Shown here piece by piece: positions 36,140 to 48,159 of a stretch of 64,000 nt of DNA; position 1 is the stretch's first letter, and each line of letters opens with the position of its first letter. The stretch is taken from positions 682,001-746,000 of the forward strand of contig NW_027590141.1 in the NCBI RefSeq assembly GCF_964213995.1. Reading direction: 5' to 3'. A program made the translations under genes and the position numbers. Source of the DNA: Mustelus asterias. Lineage: Eukaryota. The notes beneath the pieces were generated by a model. It worked only from the letters and a program-made list of their open reading frames with translations. It searched no databases and was not told the origin of the DNA.

Positions 36140-38770
36140 CACTCAAGTTCTGATTTTTCACTGGCCATGCTTGGGTCAGTTTATAACCATTAGAATCTAC
36201 TCTCAGAGGTCTGCTTTTCAGTCCAGTGCTACTTGGAGTATACCGCCACTTCACCGACTAACGGGTCACATATCCCTCATAGTTCTTATCACAAATTTGG
36301 GATAAAATAATTTAAACAATGCCTGAGAACGCTTTTTAACTTCTTAACCAACTATCTGCCACTGTTTGTTGATTGGTCAGACCTCCTCTTCACAGATTCG
36401 GGAATCTCAGCCGCTGAACACCAGCCGGTCCTGGAATAAGTTTAATTCTAACTCATTCTGAGTAAATATTCTCACCAGGTTCTCTGTCAGGGCCCTGCTA
36501 AGCAGCTTTAATGGTCCGTGATTGCAGTAACTGAGCAGTCACAGGAATGTGGTCAAGATAGTCCAGTCCCATAATGCCTCACATTCAATCTGCAGTCCTT
36601 CAATTATAACAGAATATGTGGCTGTATGTAGCTGCCTCGGACATGGTCAACCCCAACACTGCCTTCCTGAACTGCTACAATGCCTGAGGTGTACGTACAC
36701 CCACAGTGCTGTTAGGGAGGGATTTCCAGCTACACATTCCAGACTTTCACAGGACTGTAGGTGGATACCAGATTGACATATTCCATTCAACCACTCCCAA
36801 GGTGAGTTATTCCAATTCCTTTATTGTCCAGGACAATATATTCACAATATCTTTAAAACAAAAATTCAACAATCCCATTTGATTTCAGGTATTAACATAT
36901 TCTGTTAGTTTGTTCTTTATTGTCAATGTCAGGCTGGGGTTGTTTCCCCTTGGAGCAAAGGAGGTTGAGGGGAGATTTGATAGAGGTGGACAAGATTCTG
37001 ACAGGTGCAGATAAGGTGGACAAAGAAAAGCTGTTCCCATTAGCTGATGGGACATGGACGAGGGGGGACACAGATTTAAAGTTTCAGGTCAGAGATGTAG
37101 GGGGGGATGTGAGGACGAATATTTTGATGCAGCGAATGGTAATGACCTGGAACTCGCTGCCTACGAGGGTGGAGGAAGTGGAGACAATAAACAATTACAA
37201 AGGAAATTGGATGGGCATCTGGGGGAGTTTCAAACAGAAATGCTGACTAAATATCTCTGAACTTCCTCACACCCGGTCACTCTGTGATCCGTGTGAAATT
37301 TAAAACAAGGTATTCGCAACAAGACTCAAAGAGCATCAGCTCACTGGAGGCAAAGTTGTGAGACCGGCCAGTCCAGCAGAAAGAAACCCTCCGACCCTCC
37401 CCATTGACTAACTGTGAGAATGAACAAAATGCAGTCCTGGATGTAACTGAGAGCAGAAACAATAACAGCAGAATCCAACCCCTGTGAACTTGTTGGTGCC
37501 TCAGCAGCTGTGATGAAATTCTGAACACTTTTTATACACTGAGCAGGTGGACAGTTTCTCCCCAGTGTAACTTCACTGATGTCTCAACAGGTGGGATAAC
37601 TGAGTGAATTCCTTCCCACACTGAGAGCAGGTGAATGGTCTCTCTCCATGTGAATTTGCTGGTGTCTCTGCAGGTTGGATAACTGACTGAAACCCTTCCT
37701 ACACTGAGAGCAAGTAAATGGCCTCTCCCCAGTGTGAACTTGCTGGTGTCTCCGCAGGTGGGATGACTGAGTGAATCTCTTCCCACACTGAGAGCAGGTG
37801 AACGGCCTCTCTCCAGTGTGAATTTGCTGGTGTTTCTGCTGGGTGGATAACTGACTGAAACCCTTCCCACACTGAGAGCAGGTGAATGGCCTCTCCCCAG
37901 TGTGAACTCGCTGGTGTCTCCGCAGGTCGGATGACCAAATGAATCTCTTCCCACACTGAGAGCAGGTGAACATCCTCTCCCCAGTGTGAACTCGCTGGTG
38001 TGCCCGCAGCTCGGATGACCGAGTGAATCTCTTCCCACACTGAGAGCAGGTGAATGGCCTCTCCCCGGTGTGAACGTGCTGGTGTGTCCGCAGGTCGGAT
38101 GACCGAGTGAATCTCTTCCCACACTGAGAGCAGGTGAATGGCCTCTCCCCGGTGTGAACGTGCTGATGTGTCCGCAGGTCGGATGACCGAGTGAATCTCT
38201 TCCCACAACGAGAGCAGATGAATGGCCTCTCCCCAGTATGAATTCGCATGTGTGTCCATAGATTGGATAACTGGTTGAATCCCTTCCTACACCGAGAGCA
38301 GATAAACAGCCTCTCCCCAGTGTGAATTCGCTGGTGTCTCTGCAAAGTGGATAACACAGTGAATCCCTTTCCACACTGAGAGCAGGTGAACGGTCTCTCT
38401 CCAGTGTGAACTCGCTGGTGTGACTGCAGACTGGGCAACAGAGCGAATCCCTCCCCACACTGAGAGCAGATGAATGGCCTCTCCCCAGTGTGGCTGCGCC
38501 GATGAGCATCCAGCAGAGAGGGGGCTCTGTATCTCTTTCCACAGTCTGCACATTTCCATGGTTTCTCCATGGTGCAGGTGTCCTTGCCTCTCCCTTGGGT
38601 GGCCAATCAGTTGACGCCTTGTCCACACACGGAACACGGGTACAGTCTCTCCCCGCTGTGAATGGTGTGATATTTATTCAGGCTGTGTAACTGGTTACAG
38701 CTCTTTAGTCAGTGCACTGGAACACTCTCACTCGGGTGTGGCAGTGTGTTGCTGCTTTTCCACTCACTGA
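36140..38770. repeat. Segmental duplication with 57894-60116 (ZNF gene plus 3' flank)
   Basis: Colinear non-coding flank, including a shared CR1 fragment (36930-37225 and 58687-58980). Confidence 0.9.
37584..38570 (-). CDS. C2H2 zinc-finger protein, 11 fingers, frameshifted C-terminal tail
   Basis: ACCATGG at 38570, [10 protein letters not shown]...; residual dead fingers at about 37480-37650. Confidence 0.8.
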   Translation of the reverse strand: MEKPWKCADCGKRYRAPSLLDAHRRSHTGERPFICSQCGEGFALLPSLQSHQRVHTGERPFTCSQCGKGFTVLSTLQRHQRIHTGERLFICSRCRKGFNQLSNLWTHMRIHTGERPFICSRCGKRFTRSSDLRTHQHVHTGERPFTCSQCGKRFTRSSDLRTHQHVHTGERPFTCSQCGKRFTRSSELRAHQRVHTGERMFTCSQCGKRFIWSSDLRRHQRVHTGERPFTCSQCGKGFSQLSTQQKHQQIHTGERPFTCSQCGKRFTQSSHLRRHQQVHTGERPFTCSQCRKGFSQLSNLQRHQQIHMERDHSPALSVGRNSLSYPTC

Positions 38771-38819
38771 TGGCCGAAGTCTTTTCAAATCCAAGTGGAA
38801 GGTTTAATCTGAAGCTCAG

Positions 38820-39360
38820 TGACCAACTTCCGCATTGAGACGTCACAATGGAGCGCTGCCTGAATCAGCCAATAGAAATTGCTCGGCTCCGCAGTGACGT
38901 GTCGGGGTTCCATGGCGCAGGCCCGGGTGCGCGGACCCGGGAGCCCCACCCCCACCCATTGTTCCCCTCCCCCCTGAACCTCCTCCAGACACGGTTTCCA
39001 GGCAACCGGCTGGCGGCTCCGGCCAGAGCGAGAAGCCGCTCGGCGATCTCCCCCTCCCCCCTCTCTCTGCGGCGGCTGCTGCTCCAAAAAGAGATCGAGA
39101 GCGACCGCTGGCGGCAGCCGCACTGCGCCTGCTCCGGACAGCTCGGCTCAGCAGCGCTCTCTGCGCCTGCTCCGGACCGCTCGGCTCAGCAGCGCTCTCT
39201 GCGCCTGCTCCGGACAGCTCGGCTCAGCAGCGCTCTCTGCGCCTGCTCCGAACCGCTCGGCGCAGCAGCGCTCTCTGCGCCTGCTCCGGACAGCTCGGCT
39301 CAGCAGCGCTCTCTGCGCCTGCGCGCTGGGCTGCCAGCTGAGGGAGTGGGGGAGGGGACT
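38820..39360. promoter_or_regulatory. CpG island, probably bidirectional promoter between ZNF 38570(-) and 41884(+)
   Basis: GACGTCAC, GCCAAT, GTGACGT and NRF1-like array; homologous (inverted) to 26980-27090. Confidence 0.7.
39123..39324. repeat. 38-bp tandem repeat, about 5.3 copies
   Basis: ctgcgcctgctccggacagctcggctcagcagcgctct at 39123, 39161, 39199, 39237, 39275. Confidence 0.95.
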
Positions 39361-39432
39361 TTGTAAAATCTTCCCATCATTTTCTTCCAAGTCCCGCAGT
39401 TTGATTTGAAACAGAACAGCTTCTGTTTGTAG

Positions 39433-40194
39433 CTTCACCACAGACTCAAACTTCACACACAGACTCCAACTTCACCCACAGACTCAAACTTCACCACAGA
39501 CTCAAACTTCACCACAGACTCAAACTTCACACACAGACTCAAACTTCACACACAGACTCAAACTTCACCACAGACTCAAACTTCACACACAGACTCAAAC
39601 TTCACACACAGACTCAAACTTCACACACAGACTCAAACTTCACCACAGACTCAAACTTCACACACAGACTCAAACTTCACACACAGACTCAAACTTCACC
39701 ACAGACTCAAACTTCACACACAGACTCAAACTTCACCACAGACTCAAACTTCACCACAGACTCAAACTTCACACACAGACTCAAACTTCACACACAGACT
39801 CAAACTTCACCACAGACTCAAACTTCACCACAGACTCAAACTTCACCACAGACTCAAACTTCACACACAGACTCAAACTTCACACACAGACTCAAACTTC
39901 ACCACAGACTCAAACTTCACCACAGACTCAAACTTCACCACAGACTCAAACTTCACACACAGACTCAAACTTCACCACAGACTCAAACTTCACCACAGAC
40001 TCAAACTTCACACACAGACTCAAACTTCACCACAGACTCAAACTTCACACACAGACTCAAACTTCACACACAGACTCAAACTTCACCACAGACTCAAACT
40101 TCACACACAGACTCAAACTTCACCACAGACTCAAACTTCACCACAGACTCAAACTTCACCACAGACTCAAACTTCACCACAGACTCAAACTTCA
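39433..40194. repeat. Minisatellite, 41 units of 18 or 19 bp
   Basis: cttcaccacagactcaaa and cttcacacacagactcaaa interspersed. Confidence 0.97.
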
Positions 40195-40554
40195 TCCTCT
40201 GGACAACAGCTGTGAGTAAAACACTTTCTTTCTCCCCCTGGGAAATACAGAGAGTTGTGGGACTCTGGAACTGGAATTAGAGACAAATATACTGAGGGGG
40301 AAATGTTTGTGATTTTGTGGAACCTGTTTTTATTGTCTGAGATATTTAAAGACAAATTTATCCTGTCTATTCAAATACTGTTTGTCTCTTAATGCATGAT
40401 TCATTGATGTTGATTTTAATTTGATTATCGCAAGATTTATTAGAAGGTGAAATCTTTCTCATTGCTTTATTCCAATGGGTTTGGCTGGGAATGTTAATTT
40501 TAAGGTTATTGTACTCATAAGGATCATAACAACATTGATACATCTGGAGTTATT

Positions 40555-41372
40555 ATAAGAACATAAGAACTAGGAGCAGGAGTGGGCCATCTGGCCCCTC
40601 GAGCCTGCTCCGCCATTCAATAAGATCGTGGCTGATTTTTTTTTTGTGGACTTAGCTCCACTTACCCGCCCGCTCCCCATAACCCTTAATTCCTTTACCG
40701 TTCAAAAATTTATCTATCCTTGCCTTAAAAACATTCAATGAGGTAGACTCAACTGCTTCACTGGGCAGGGAATTACACAGATTCACAACCCTTCGTGTGA
40801 AGAAGTTCCTCCTCAACTCAGTTGAGTGACAGAAGATCAGCCCTCATTCTTCGAAACTTTGAGAGAATAGAGACCCAGTCTCCTCCTAGGAAACTCCCAT
40901 CCTTCCAGGGATTTGTTGAATGAACCCTCGCTCCATTCCCTCTATTGCAAGTGTACTCGTTGGAATTTAGAAGGCTGAGGGGAGATCTTATAAAGACCTA
41001 TAAGATAATGAAGGGGCTGGATAGGGTAGAGGTGGAGAGATTCTTTCCACTTAGAAAGGAAGCTAGAACTAGAGGGCACAGCCTCAAAATAAAGGGGGGA
41101 TCAGTTCAGGACAGAGTTGAGGAGGAACTTCTTCTCTCAGAGGGTGGTGAATATCTGGAATTCTCTGCCCACTGAAGTGATGGAGGCTACCTCGTTGAAT
41201 ATGTTTAAATCACGGATAGATGGATTCCTGATCGGTAAGGGAATTAGGGGTTATGGGGATCAGGCGGGTAAGTGGAACTGATCCACTTCAGATCAGCCAT
41301 GATCTTATTGAATGGTGGGGCAGGCTCGAGGGGCTAGATGGCCTACTCCTGCTCCTATTTCTTATGTTCTTA
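40555..41372. mobile_element. Two CR1 3' ends (minus about 40555-40940; plus about 40950-41372) in ZNF intron
   Basis: YSLEFRRLRGDLIKTYKIMKG; ttcttatgttctta tails. Confidence 0.82.
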
Positions 41373-41883
41373 CGTATCCTTCCTTTAGTAAGGAGACAAA
41401 AGCTCCACACAATACTCCAGGTAATGCAGCAAGAGCGTGGGACAGTTATTTACAGCTTTCGGGGAACAAGATAGAAAATAATGCTTCGTAGAAATTAACA
41501 ACTGCCAATTGTAGATTCTATCCTTAACTGACGGTGATGAAATTTGTAAACCTCTTTTACAGGATCTTCAAAGGGGGAGGATTTGCAGACACAAAATTCA
41601 AATCAACTATCAAGTGAAGAATTGACAGAGTCACTCGATTATCAGGATCTGAATATCATTAGCCTTTGAATCTAGAAGGAGAAATGTCTTTCTGTTCTGT
41701 TTGCTTCAGAAAGTTTTAAACATCAGTGTCACTGGAAAGACACAAACATCTAGGTGAGACTGTTCCAGTGACAGTTACATAGTTTGAAAGACCATCACCA
41801 TTTACACCAGGAAGAGATTGTACAGACGCTTTGTGTGGCCACCTCAGCTGAACAACAAACCTGGAGACAGGGACACCCACACC

Positions 41884-42642
41884 ATGGAGAAACCGTGGAA
41901 ATGTGGGGATTGTGGGAAGGGATTCAAATCCCCGTCTCAGCTGGAAATCCATCGACGCAGTCACACTGGGGAGAGGCCATTCACCTGCTGTGATTGTGGT
42001 AAGGGATTCACTCATTCATCCCACCTGCTGAGACACCAGCGGGTTCACACCAAGGAGAGGCCGTTCACCTGCTCCGAGTGTGGGAAGACCTTCACTACTT
42101 CATCTGATCTGCTGACACATCAGCGAATTCATACTGGGGAAAGGCCATTCACTTGCTCTGAGTGTGAGATGGGATTCAGTCGGTTATCTCACTTGCAGGC
42201 ACACCAGCGAGTTCACACCGGGGAGAAGCCGTTCACCTGCTCTGATTGTGGAAAGGGATTCTCTCACTCCTCCAACCTGCGGATACACCAACGCACTCAC
42301 ACTGGGGAGAGGCCATTCACCTGTACTGAGTGTGGGAAGGCATTCTTTGATTCATCAAGCCTGCGGATACACCAACGAGTTCACACCAAAGAGAGACCGT
42401 TTACCTGCTCTGAGTGTGGAAAGGGATTCAGTCGGTCATCCTTCCTGAAGGCACACCAGCGGATTCACACTGGGGAGTGGCCACCCACCTGCTCTGAGTG
42501 TGGGAAAGCATTCATTGATTCATCCAGCCTGCAGATACACCAGCGTCTTCACACTGCGGAGAGGACATTCACCTGCTCTGAGTGTGGGAAGAGATTCAGT
42601 CGGTCAATCTACCTGCGCAACCACCAGCGAGTTCACGAGTGA
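41884..42642 (+). CDS. C2H2 zinc-finger protein, 9 fingers, 252 aa
   Basis: ACCATGG start [10 protein letters not shown]...HQRVHE*; putative donor GTGAGT 40212 and acceptor AG 41561-41562. Confidence 0.88.
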   Translation: MEKPWKCGDCGKGFKSPSQLEIHRRSHTGERPFTCCDCGKGFTHSSHLLRHQRVHTKERPFTCSECGKTFTTSSDLLTHQRIHTGERPFTCSECEMGFSRLSHLQAHQRVHTGEKPFTCSDCGKGFSHSSNLRIHQRTHTGERPFTCTECGKAFFDSSSLRIHQRVHTKERPFTCSECGKGFSRSSFLKAHQRIHTGEWPPTCSECGKAFIDSSSLQIHQRLHTAERTFTCSECGKRFSRSIYLRNHQRVHE

Positions 42643-43556
42643 TGACAGGGATTGGATTCTGCTGTTATTGCTGCTGTTAATCACACCCAGGACTGAACCC
42701 TATTCATTCTGACAGTTGGTGAATTGGGAGGATCAGAAGATCCTGGATCAGAAGGTCCAGCTCTGCTGGATTGGTCTTTCTCACAACTTTGCTTCCAGTG
42801 GGCTGGGAGAGCACATTTCCACAAATCATCCACACAAGCTGATGAAGGACATTTATTTTATCCTGGATAGTAAATCCTAGTTCTCCTATCATTTCAAGTA
42901 GACCTACATTAAATACATTTGTCTCTGTTCCAGTGAGTCTACAGCACAGGGCCAGGCCAGTCGGCTCAATTGGTCTATGTCAGTATTTATGCTCCACATG
43001 AGCCTCCACCCACCCCCCTCCATCTCCCCCATCAGCATATCCTTCTATTCCTCTCTCCCTCATGTATGTATCTAGCTTCCCCTTCAATGTATTCATGCTG
43101 TTCACCTCAACCACTCGCTGTGGTGGTGAGTTCCACATTCTCACCACTCGCTGGTAAAGAGGTTTCTCATTAAATCCGTACTGGATTATTGAACCCCTTC
43201 ATAATCTTGAAGACTTCCGTCAGTCTTCAGTTTTCCAGAGAAAAGTAACACCGGCGTTTTCAGAGGGTTAAATACTCTCAGTTCTGGAATTATTCTCATG
43301 GGGTAAACCGGTCAGTCCCATTGCCCCGTTCTATCCCTTTATCCTTTCAGTTCTATTTCCCGCAAGTGTCGGTCCATTTTCCTTGTTAAATCGTTCATTG
43401 TCTCTGCTTCCACCACCCTCACAGGCAGTGAGTTCCAGCTCATTCCCACTCATTGCATAAAACAGCCCTTTCTCACATCCCCCTGCATCTCTCGCTAAGA
43501 ATATATAAATCTCTGCATCCTTATCCTTGCACCATCAGCTAATGGGAACAGCTTTA

Positions 43557-43891
43557 TCATAGAATCCTACAGTGCAGAAAGAGGCCATTTGGTCCATCGA
43601 GTCTGCAACGACCACAATCCCACCCAGGCCCTACCCCCTTATCCCTACATATTTACCTGCTAATCTTCTAACCTACACATCTCAGGACACTAAGGGACAA
43701 TTTTAGCATGGCCAATTAACCTAACCCGCACATCTTTGGACTGTGGGAGGAAACTGGAGCACCCGGAGGAAACCCATGCAGACACGAGGAGAATGTGCAA
43801 ACTCCACACAGACAGTGACCCAAGCTGGTTATCAAACCCAGGTCCCTGGAGCTGTGAAGCAGCAGTGCTAAGCACTGTGCTACCATGCCAC
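43557..43891 (-). mobile_element. HE1-type V-SINE within old minus-strand CR1 debris (about 42930-44220)
   Basis: Reverse-complement match to the other HE1 copies. Confidence 0.88.
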
Positions 43892-44229
43892 CTCACCTTC
43901 TCACATTACTTTACCTTCTCACATTATTTAATCCTATTTTAATTTTGTACATCTCGAGCAAATCTCCCCTCCATCTCCTTTTCTCCAAGGAAAATAATCC
44001 CAGCTTCTTCAGCCTAGCTTTGTGGATAAAATTCCTCATTCCTGGAACCATTTTGGTAAATCTCCTCTACACCTCTCAAGGACCCTCACGTCCTTCCAAT
44101 AGTGTGGTGACCAGAACTGGGCTCAGTGTTCTATTGTGGCCTCACCAGAGCGTTAGAAACTATCAGTGTAACCTCCCTGCTTTTGTTTTCAATTCCTCCG
44201 TTTCTGAAGCCCAAGATCACATAGTCTCC

Positions 44230-46070
44230 AAATGGGAATGGTCAACATTTTTGCTTGAACATAAAATGCATTTTAACAACAGTTTGGCTGAAGAAGATTT
44301 TGTCCAATGAAGGAAAGAGTTGTTGACACAAAAAGAAGCCATTTTGACCTTGCTCTCTCCAAAAGAGAATCCAGAATGTGAGATTCTGGGAAATGAAATT
44401 AAAAATGAAGCTGCAGCTACAACAGAGCAAGAAGAAGACAGTTTCAATGTGGAATTGACTGGAATATTCTCTCTGGATTTAAACAATGGAGGAACTACAA
44501 ACATGGAAGAAAATAAAGTTCAAAACGTGCATTCTGAACAGACTGTTTTCAAAACTGAAGTTGAAAATACACAGATGAACAGCAATGAGGACTCTCCTCT
44601 TGCAGGAGGAACTTTGCACGATAATTATTATAAGAAGAAAACTGTCAGAAAACACTCTAAGCAGTAATATTTCCCATCTTCAGTGGACTGAGATTCCTGG
44701 ACATGGAACCCAGCAGTGTGCTGTTACCAAGCTGGACTTGTGAATGTGAAGTGGACAATGGGGGGATTATTATGTCTATTGCAGGTTATAAGGTAATTAA
44801 ACATTAGACTTTGGAACAGGAGTTGGCCATTTGGCTCTTTGAGCCTGCTTCACCATTTGATAAGATCACAACTATTTAGATATACAGCATGTTGTACATT
44901 GTTAAAAGCAAAATACTGTGGATGCTGGAATCTGAAACAAAAACACAAAATGCTGGCAAATCTCAGCAGGTCTGACAGCATCTGTGGGGAGAGAGAAGAG
45001 CCAATCTTTCGAGTCTACATTGTAATGTTTCAAATGGGATAATACGAGGATGATACTTTTCATTTCTTCATGGGGAAGGTGTTGCAAAGATCTAATTTCA
45101 TAATTCCTATGTTTTAGAAGTATGAGTTAGTTCAACAATTGCTTTTTTAAAAAATTTAAGGTAAATGGAAAACCCGCACTGAGAATCTGACAGAAACACC
45201 CGAAGGGGATTCACATTCACAAGGCGTGGCCCATGTTGGTTTAAGATGTCAAAACTCGAAGGGTAAGAAGTGTAAAAGGGCAGCTGGGCTCTTTTAGCTG
45301 GAGACCTGGAGACTTTGGGTCTGACAATTATTGCTCTGTCTTTGTTACAGATCGGAATTCTTCATGCAGACCTCAGGAAAAAAAGGTTTAGCTTTGAAGC
45401 TAAATATCTAACGGACATTCCAACAGATGTGTTAGCACGGGGATAAGTGAGCCCTGGTTGGAATTCCGGGTGTTTCTCACAGAAAGCAAGCAGTCTGCAG
45501 TTAGGTTGGAGGCCATCAGATATGGGACCAGCAGCTGCGAACCAGCTGTGGGACCAGAAGCCTAGAGGGTCATTAGGAACCAGGGGTGCTGCCAATGTTT
45601 AAATCCCTCAGCAAGAAAGCAGCGAAGCCCACGGTTGGACTGAGGAGTCCACAGTTTTGAGGTCTCAAAGGAAAATTGGAGAATTGTTTAGCCAAAAGCT
45701 AATGGAAAGACCCTCCATAAAATCTTGGAGCCTGGAGAATAGCTGGAAAAGTGAGGAAAATTAAAGTGAATTCTGCAGAGCTTTGGCATACCTTTGAGAG
45801 TCCCAGGAACAGAATTGAACTTTCAAGACATCATTAAGTATAAAGAAACTTTTGGGGTGAGGTTAAAAACAGGTTTGTACCATAAGTCTTTATCGATTAC
45901 AGTATTCAGTTTGTAGTGCTGTATTCTTAAATTTTATTTTGTTTTATATATACAGTAAAGTTTGTTTTTGTTTAAAAATGTTAAATCTTTTCATGTAATT
46001 CTTTTAGTTAATCACTGGGTGTTCACAATTTTCTTTAAACGTTAATTGTCCCGACCGGGATCACAAAACA
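44230..46070 (+). mobile_element. Possible LTR-element 3' end: decayed ORF, polypurine tract, LTR-like region
   Basis: Single frame across a TGA at 44308-44310; G-rich tract near 44760; LTR-like end gatcacaaaaca. Confidence 0.3.
44903..45015 (-). mobile_element. Penelope family B pLTR stub
   Basis: TSD tacattgt on both sides. Confidence 0.7.
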
Positions 46071-46520
46071 TTCACACAAATAATGTTTCAGAGCAAAGCA
46101 AAGAAGAAAAAATGTGACTTTCCTCCTTTTGTACAAAGCATTACATATAAAGACACCCCTCTCCTCAGAACCACAATAAGTTGTTAATATTCTCTTCATG
46201 AAATAATCTGATAATTGAAAGACTTATGCTATGTTCATAGTGCTGGCTTTTAATATTTTGTTTTATAAATTTTGTTCTTGTTTAAAAATGTGGAATCTTG
46301 TGGTGCAATTCTTTGTTAATCACTGGGTATTTGAGTTTCTCTTTAAACATTAACAATCCTGATTAGGATCAGAACAATACACAGCAACATATTTCACAAT
46401 GAATCAAAGAAAAAAAATGTACAAAGTATTACATTATAAGACACCGCTGTTCTAGGATCCACAATAATTTTTTAGCTCGAGCACTTACTTTAGTGAAACA
46501 ATCTGATAATATGAATAAAA
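45915..46520. repeat. Degenerate tandem duplication, about 310 bp x2
   Basis: ttgtttaaaaatgt..gttaatcactgggt..ctttaaac..ggatca..tgtacaaag..taagacacc..atctgataat present twice. Confidence 0.7.
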
Positions 46521-46569
46521 TTTATACTAATTGTCGTCCCTTCTAAAGCAGGAGGGCGTTCGCCCGGCA

Positions 46570-47900
46570 CAGAGGGTAATTTGGGATTTCTCCCATAGAC
46601 CAATTGACAGGGATTCTACCCTCCAACCATCTGAAGTGAATTCTTTACATGAATCGTATTTATCAACTTGCAGTTTGGCTGATCAGCTGAGATTTTCTGC
46701 AGCATTTCATCGATCACCGCGTGATTCCTTTCACAGAGTCCATCACTGAAAGGACTTTCAGCTGCCGTGTTCCTGACCAGAATGTTCATGTTTTCACACA
46801 CGTCTCAAAACTCATCATTAACAAATTCCCCTCCATTATCAGTCAGAAACTTAGCTGGTGCCCCAGGTCCAGTCCCTGTCAACTTCTCAATGACTTGGTC
46901 TAGAATCATCCTTTTGTCCTTGCCATGTATTATTGGAGAAAGACTAAATTGGGTCACCATGTCGATCATGTGTAGAATGGAAATATTTCTGTCTTTGTCT
47001 CATACCTTTAGATCCATGGAAATACCTTGTTAAGGTCATGTGCCAAGGGCAGCTTTACAATCAGATGTGACAGCATCCTTCAATACTTTTCACACATTGC
47101 ACACTTTGCATTAGTTTGTTCTATGAGCCTCAGATACTCTTCATCAACTCCCCTGCATCTTTTTGCGGGACTTTTAATCTTTAACAAAGATTTAAAAATT
47201 GTTTGCGTAGCTCTAAGACTGGTTGCTGTCTTTATCTCTGGGATGGAAGGGTACCACACTGGTTAGCACTGTTGCCTCACAGCGCCAGGGACCCGGGTTC
47301 GATTACTGGCTTGGGTCACTGTCTCTGTGGAGTTTGCATGTTCTCCCCATGTCTGCGTGGGTTTCCTCCGGGTGCTCCGGTTTCCTCCCACATTCTGATA
47401 GACGTGCTGGTTAGGTGCATTGACCCAAACAGGTGCCGGACTGTGACGACCAGGGGAATTTCATGGTAACTGTTCCCCCGTCATTCCTGAGATTCATTCA
47501 CCTATTAGTGCTTTTCCAATCCTGTCTTTTTTGTGATATCCAGATCTGCTAAATATACTTACACCCTCATTCAAAACTTGACAAAGTCTGACTATGCTTC
47601 ATAGGCACCCATCAGATCATCTTTCTTGTAAATCTCATCAATGAAACCGAGTAAAAGATCCAAGCCTTGATCAGTATACGACCAGTGGATTTCCAGCTCA
47701 GAAAATGTTTTGCTGCCAATTTTCCTTTCGTTAGACAGTGGCAATGCCAAGGCCAGACCTTGTTTTCTCATTGTTAGGGATGTAACCCGTGTCCACATCG
47801 CCACTTCATTCTTCCACTGGTCGTATGGTTCAGGCTCCGAGAACATCGGCGGGTAATCAGACCCTGACAATTCCCACTGGCTTTCATCTCTCACAAAAGC
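46570..47900 (-). mobile_element. LTR-retrotransposon relic: gag-like region and DDE integrase core
   Basis: YPPMF..PYDQWKNEVAMW..KQGLALAL; ILHMID, FLTDNGGEF, TAAESPFSDGLCERNH. Confidence 0.75.
47249..47471 (+). mobile_element. V-SINE with HE1-like head but a different 3' region
   Basis: After the V-domain it continues gacgtgctggttaggtgcattgac...aggggaatttcatggtaact. Confidence 0.75.
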
Positions 47901-48159
47901 TGCTGGGACTGTAAACTTCTGTCTGAAATATACATTCCTCCAATTTCCAAACTTCACCATTGGACAAACATTCTCTGTGACCATGTTATAATCCTGACAG
48001 CCTTGTGGTGAAGGAAGAAACTGGAACCAATCTTTACTTGGAATACATTTAACTCCCAACTCTTTATACATACTTTCTTCAGACACACTCAGATAATTAT
48101 TTGATCAAAGCCCTCCATTCTTAAACTCAATTTATTCAATTAACACCCATAGTCAGGGC

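Noticed and set aside
37532-38626. Long alternate-frame ORFs over ZNF genes (also 21314, 29815, 59267, 59452)
   Set aside because: Shadow frames of the 84-nt finger repeat ([10 protein letters not shown] / [14 protein letters not shown] patterns), expected from codon usage.
38785-39456. GC-rich ORFs across CpG promoters (also 5144-6148, 56560-57230)
   Set aside because: Stop-poor because of GC content and tandem repeats; no recognisable protein.
39433-40194. CRISPR-like repeat array
   Set aside because: No unique spacers, no cas genes, eukaryotic context; it is a simple minisatellite.
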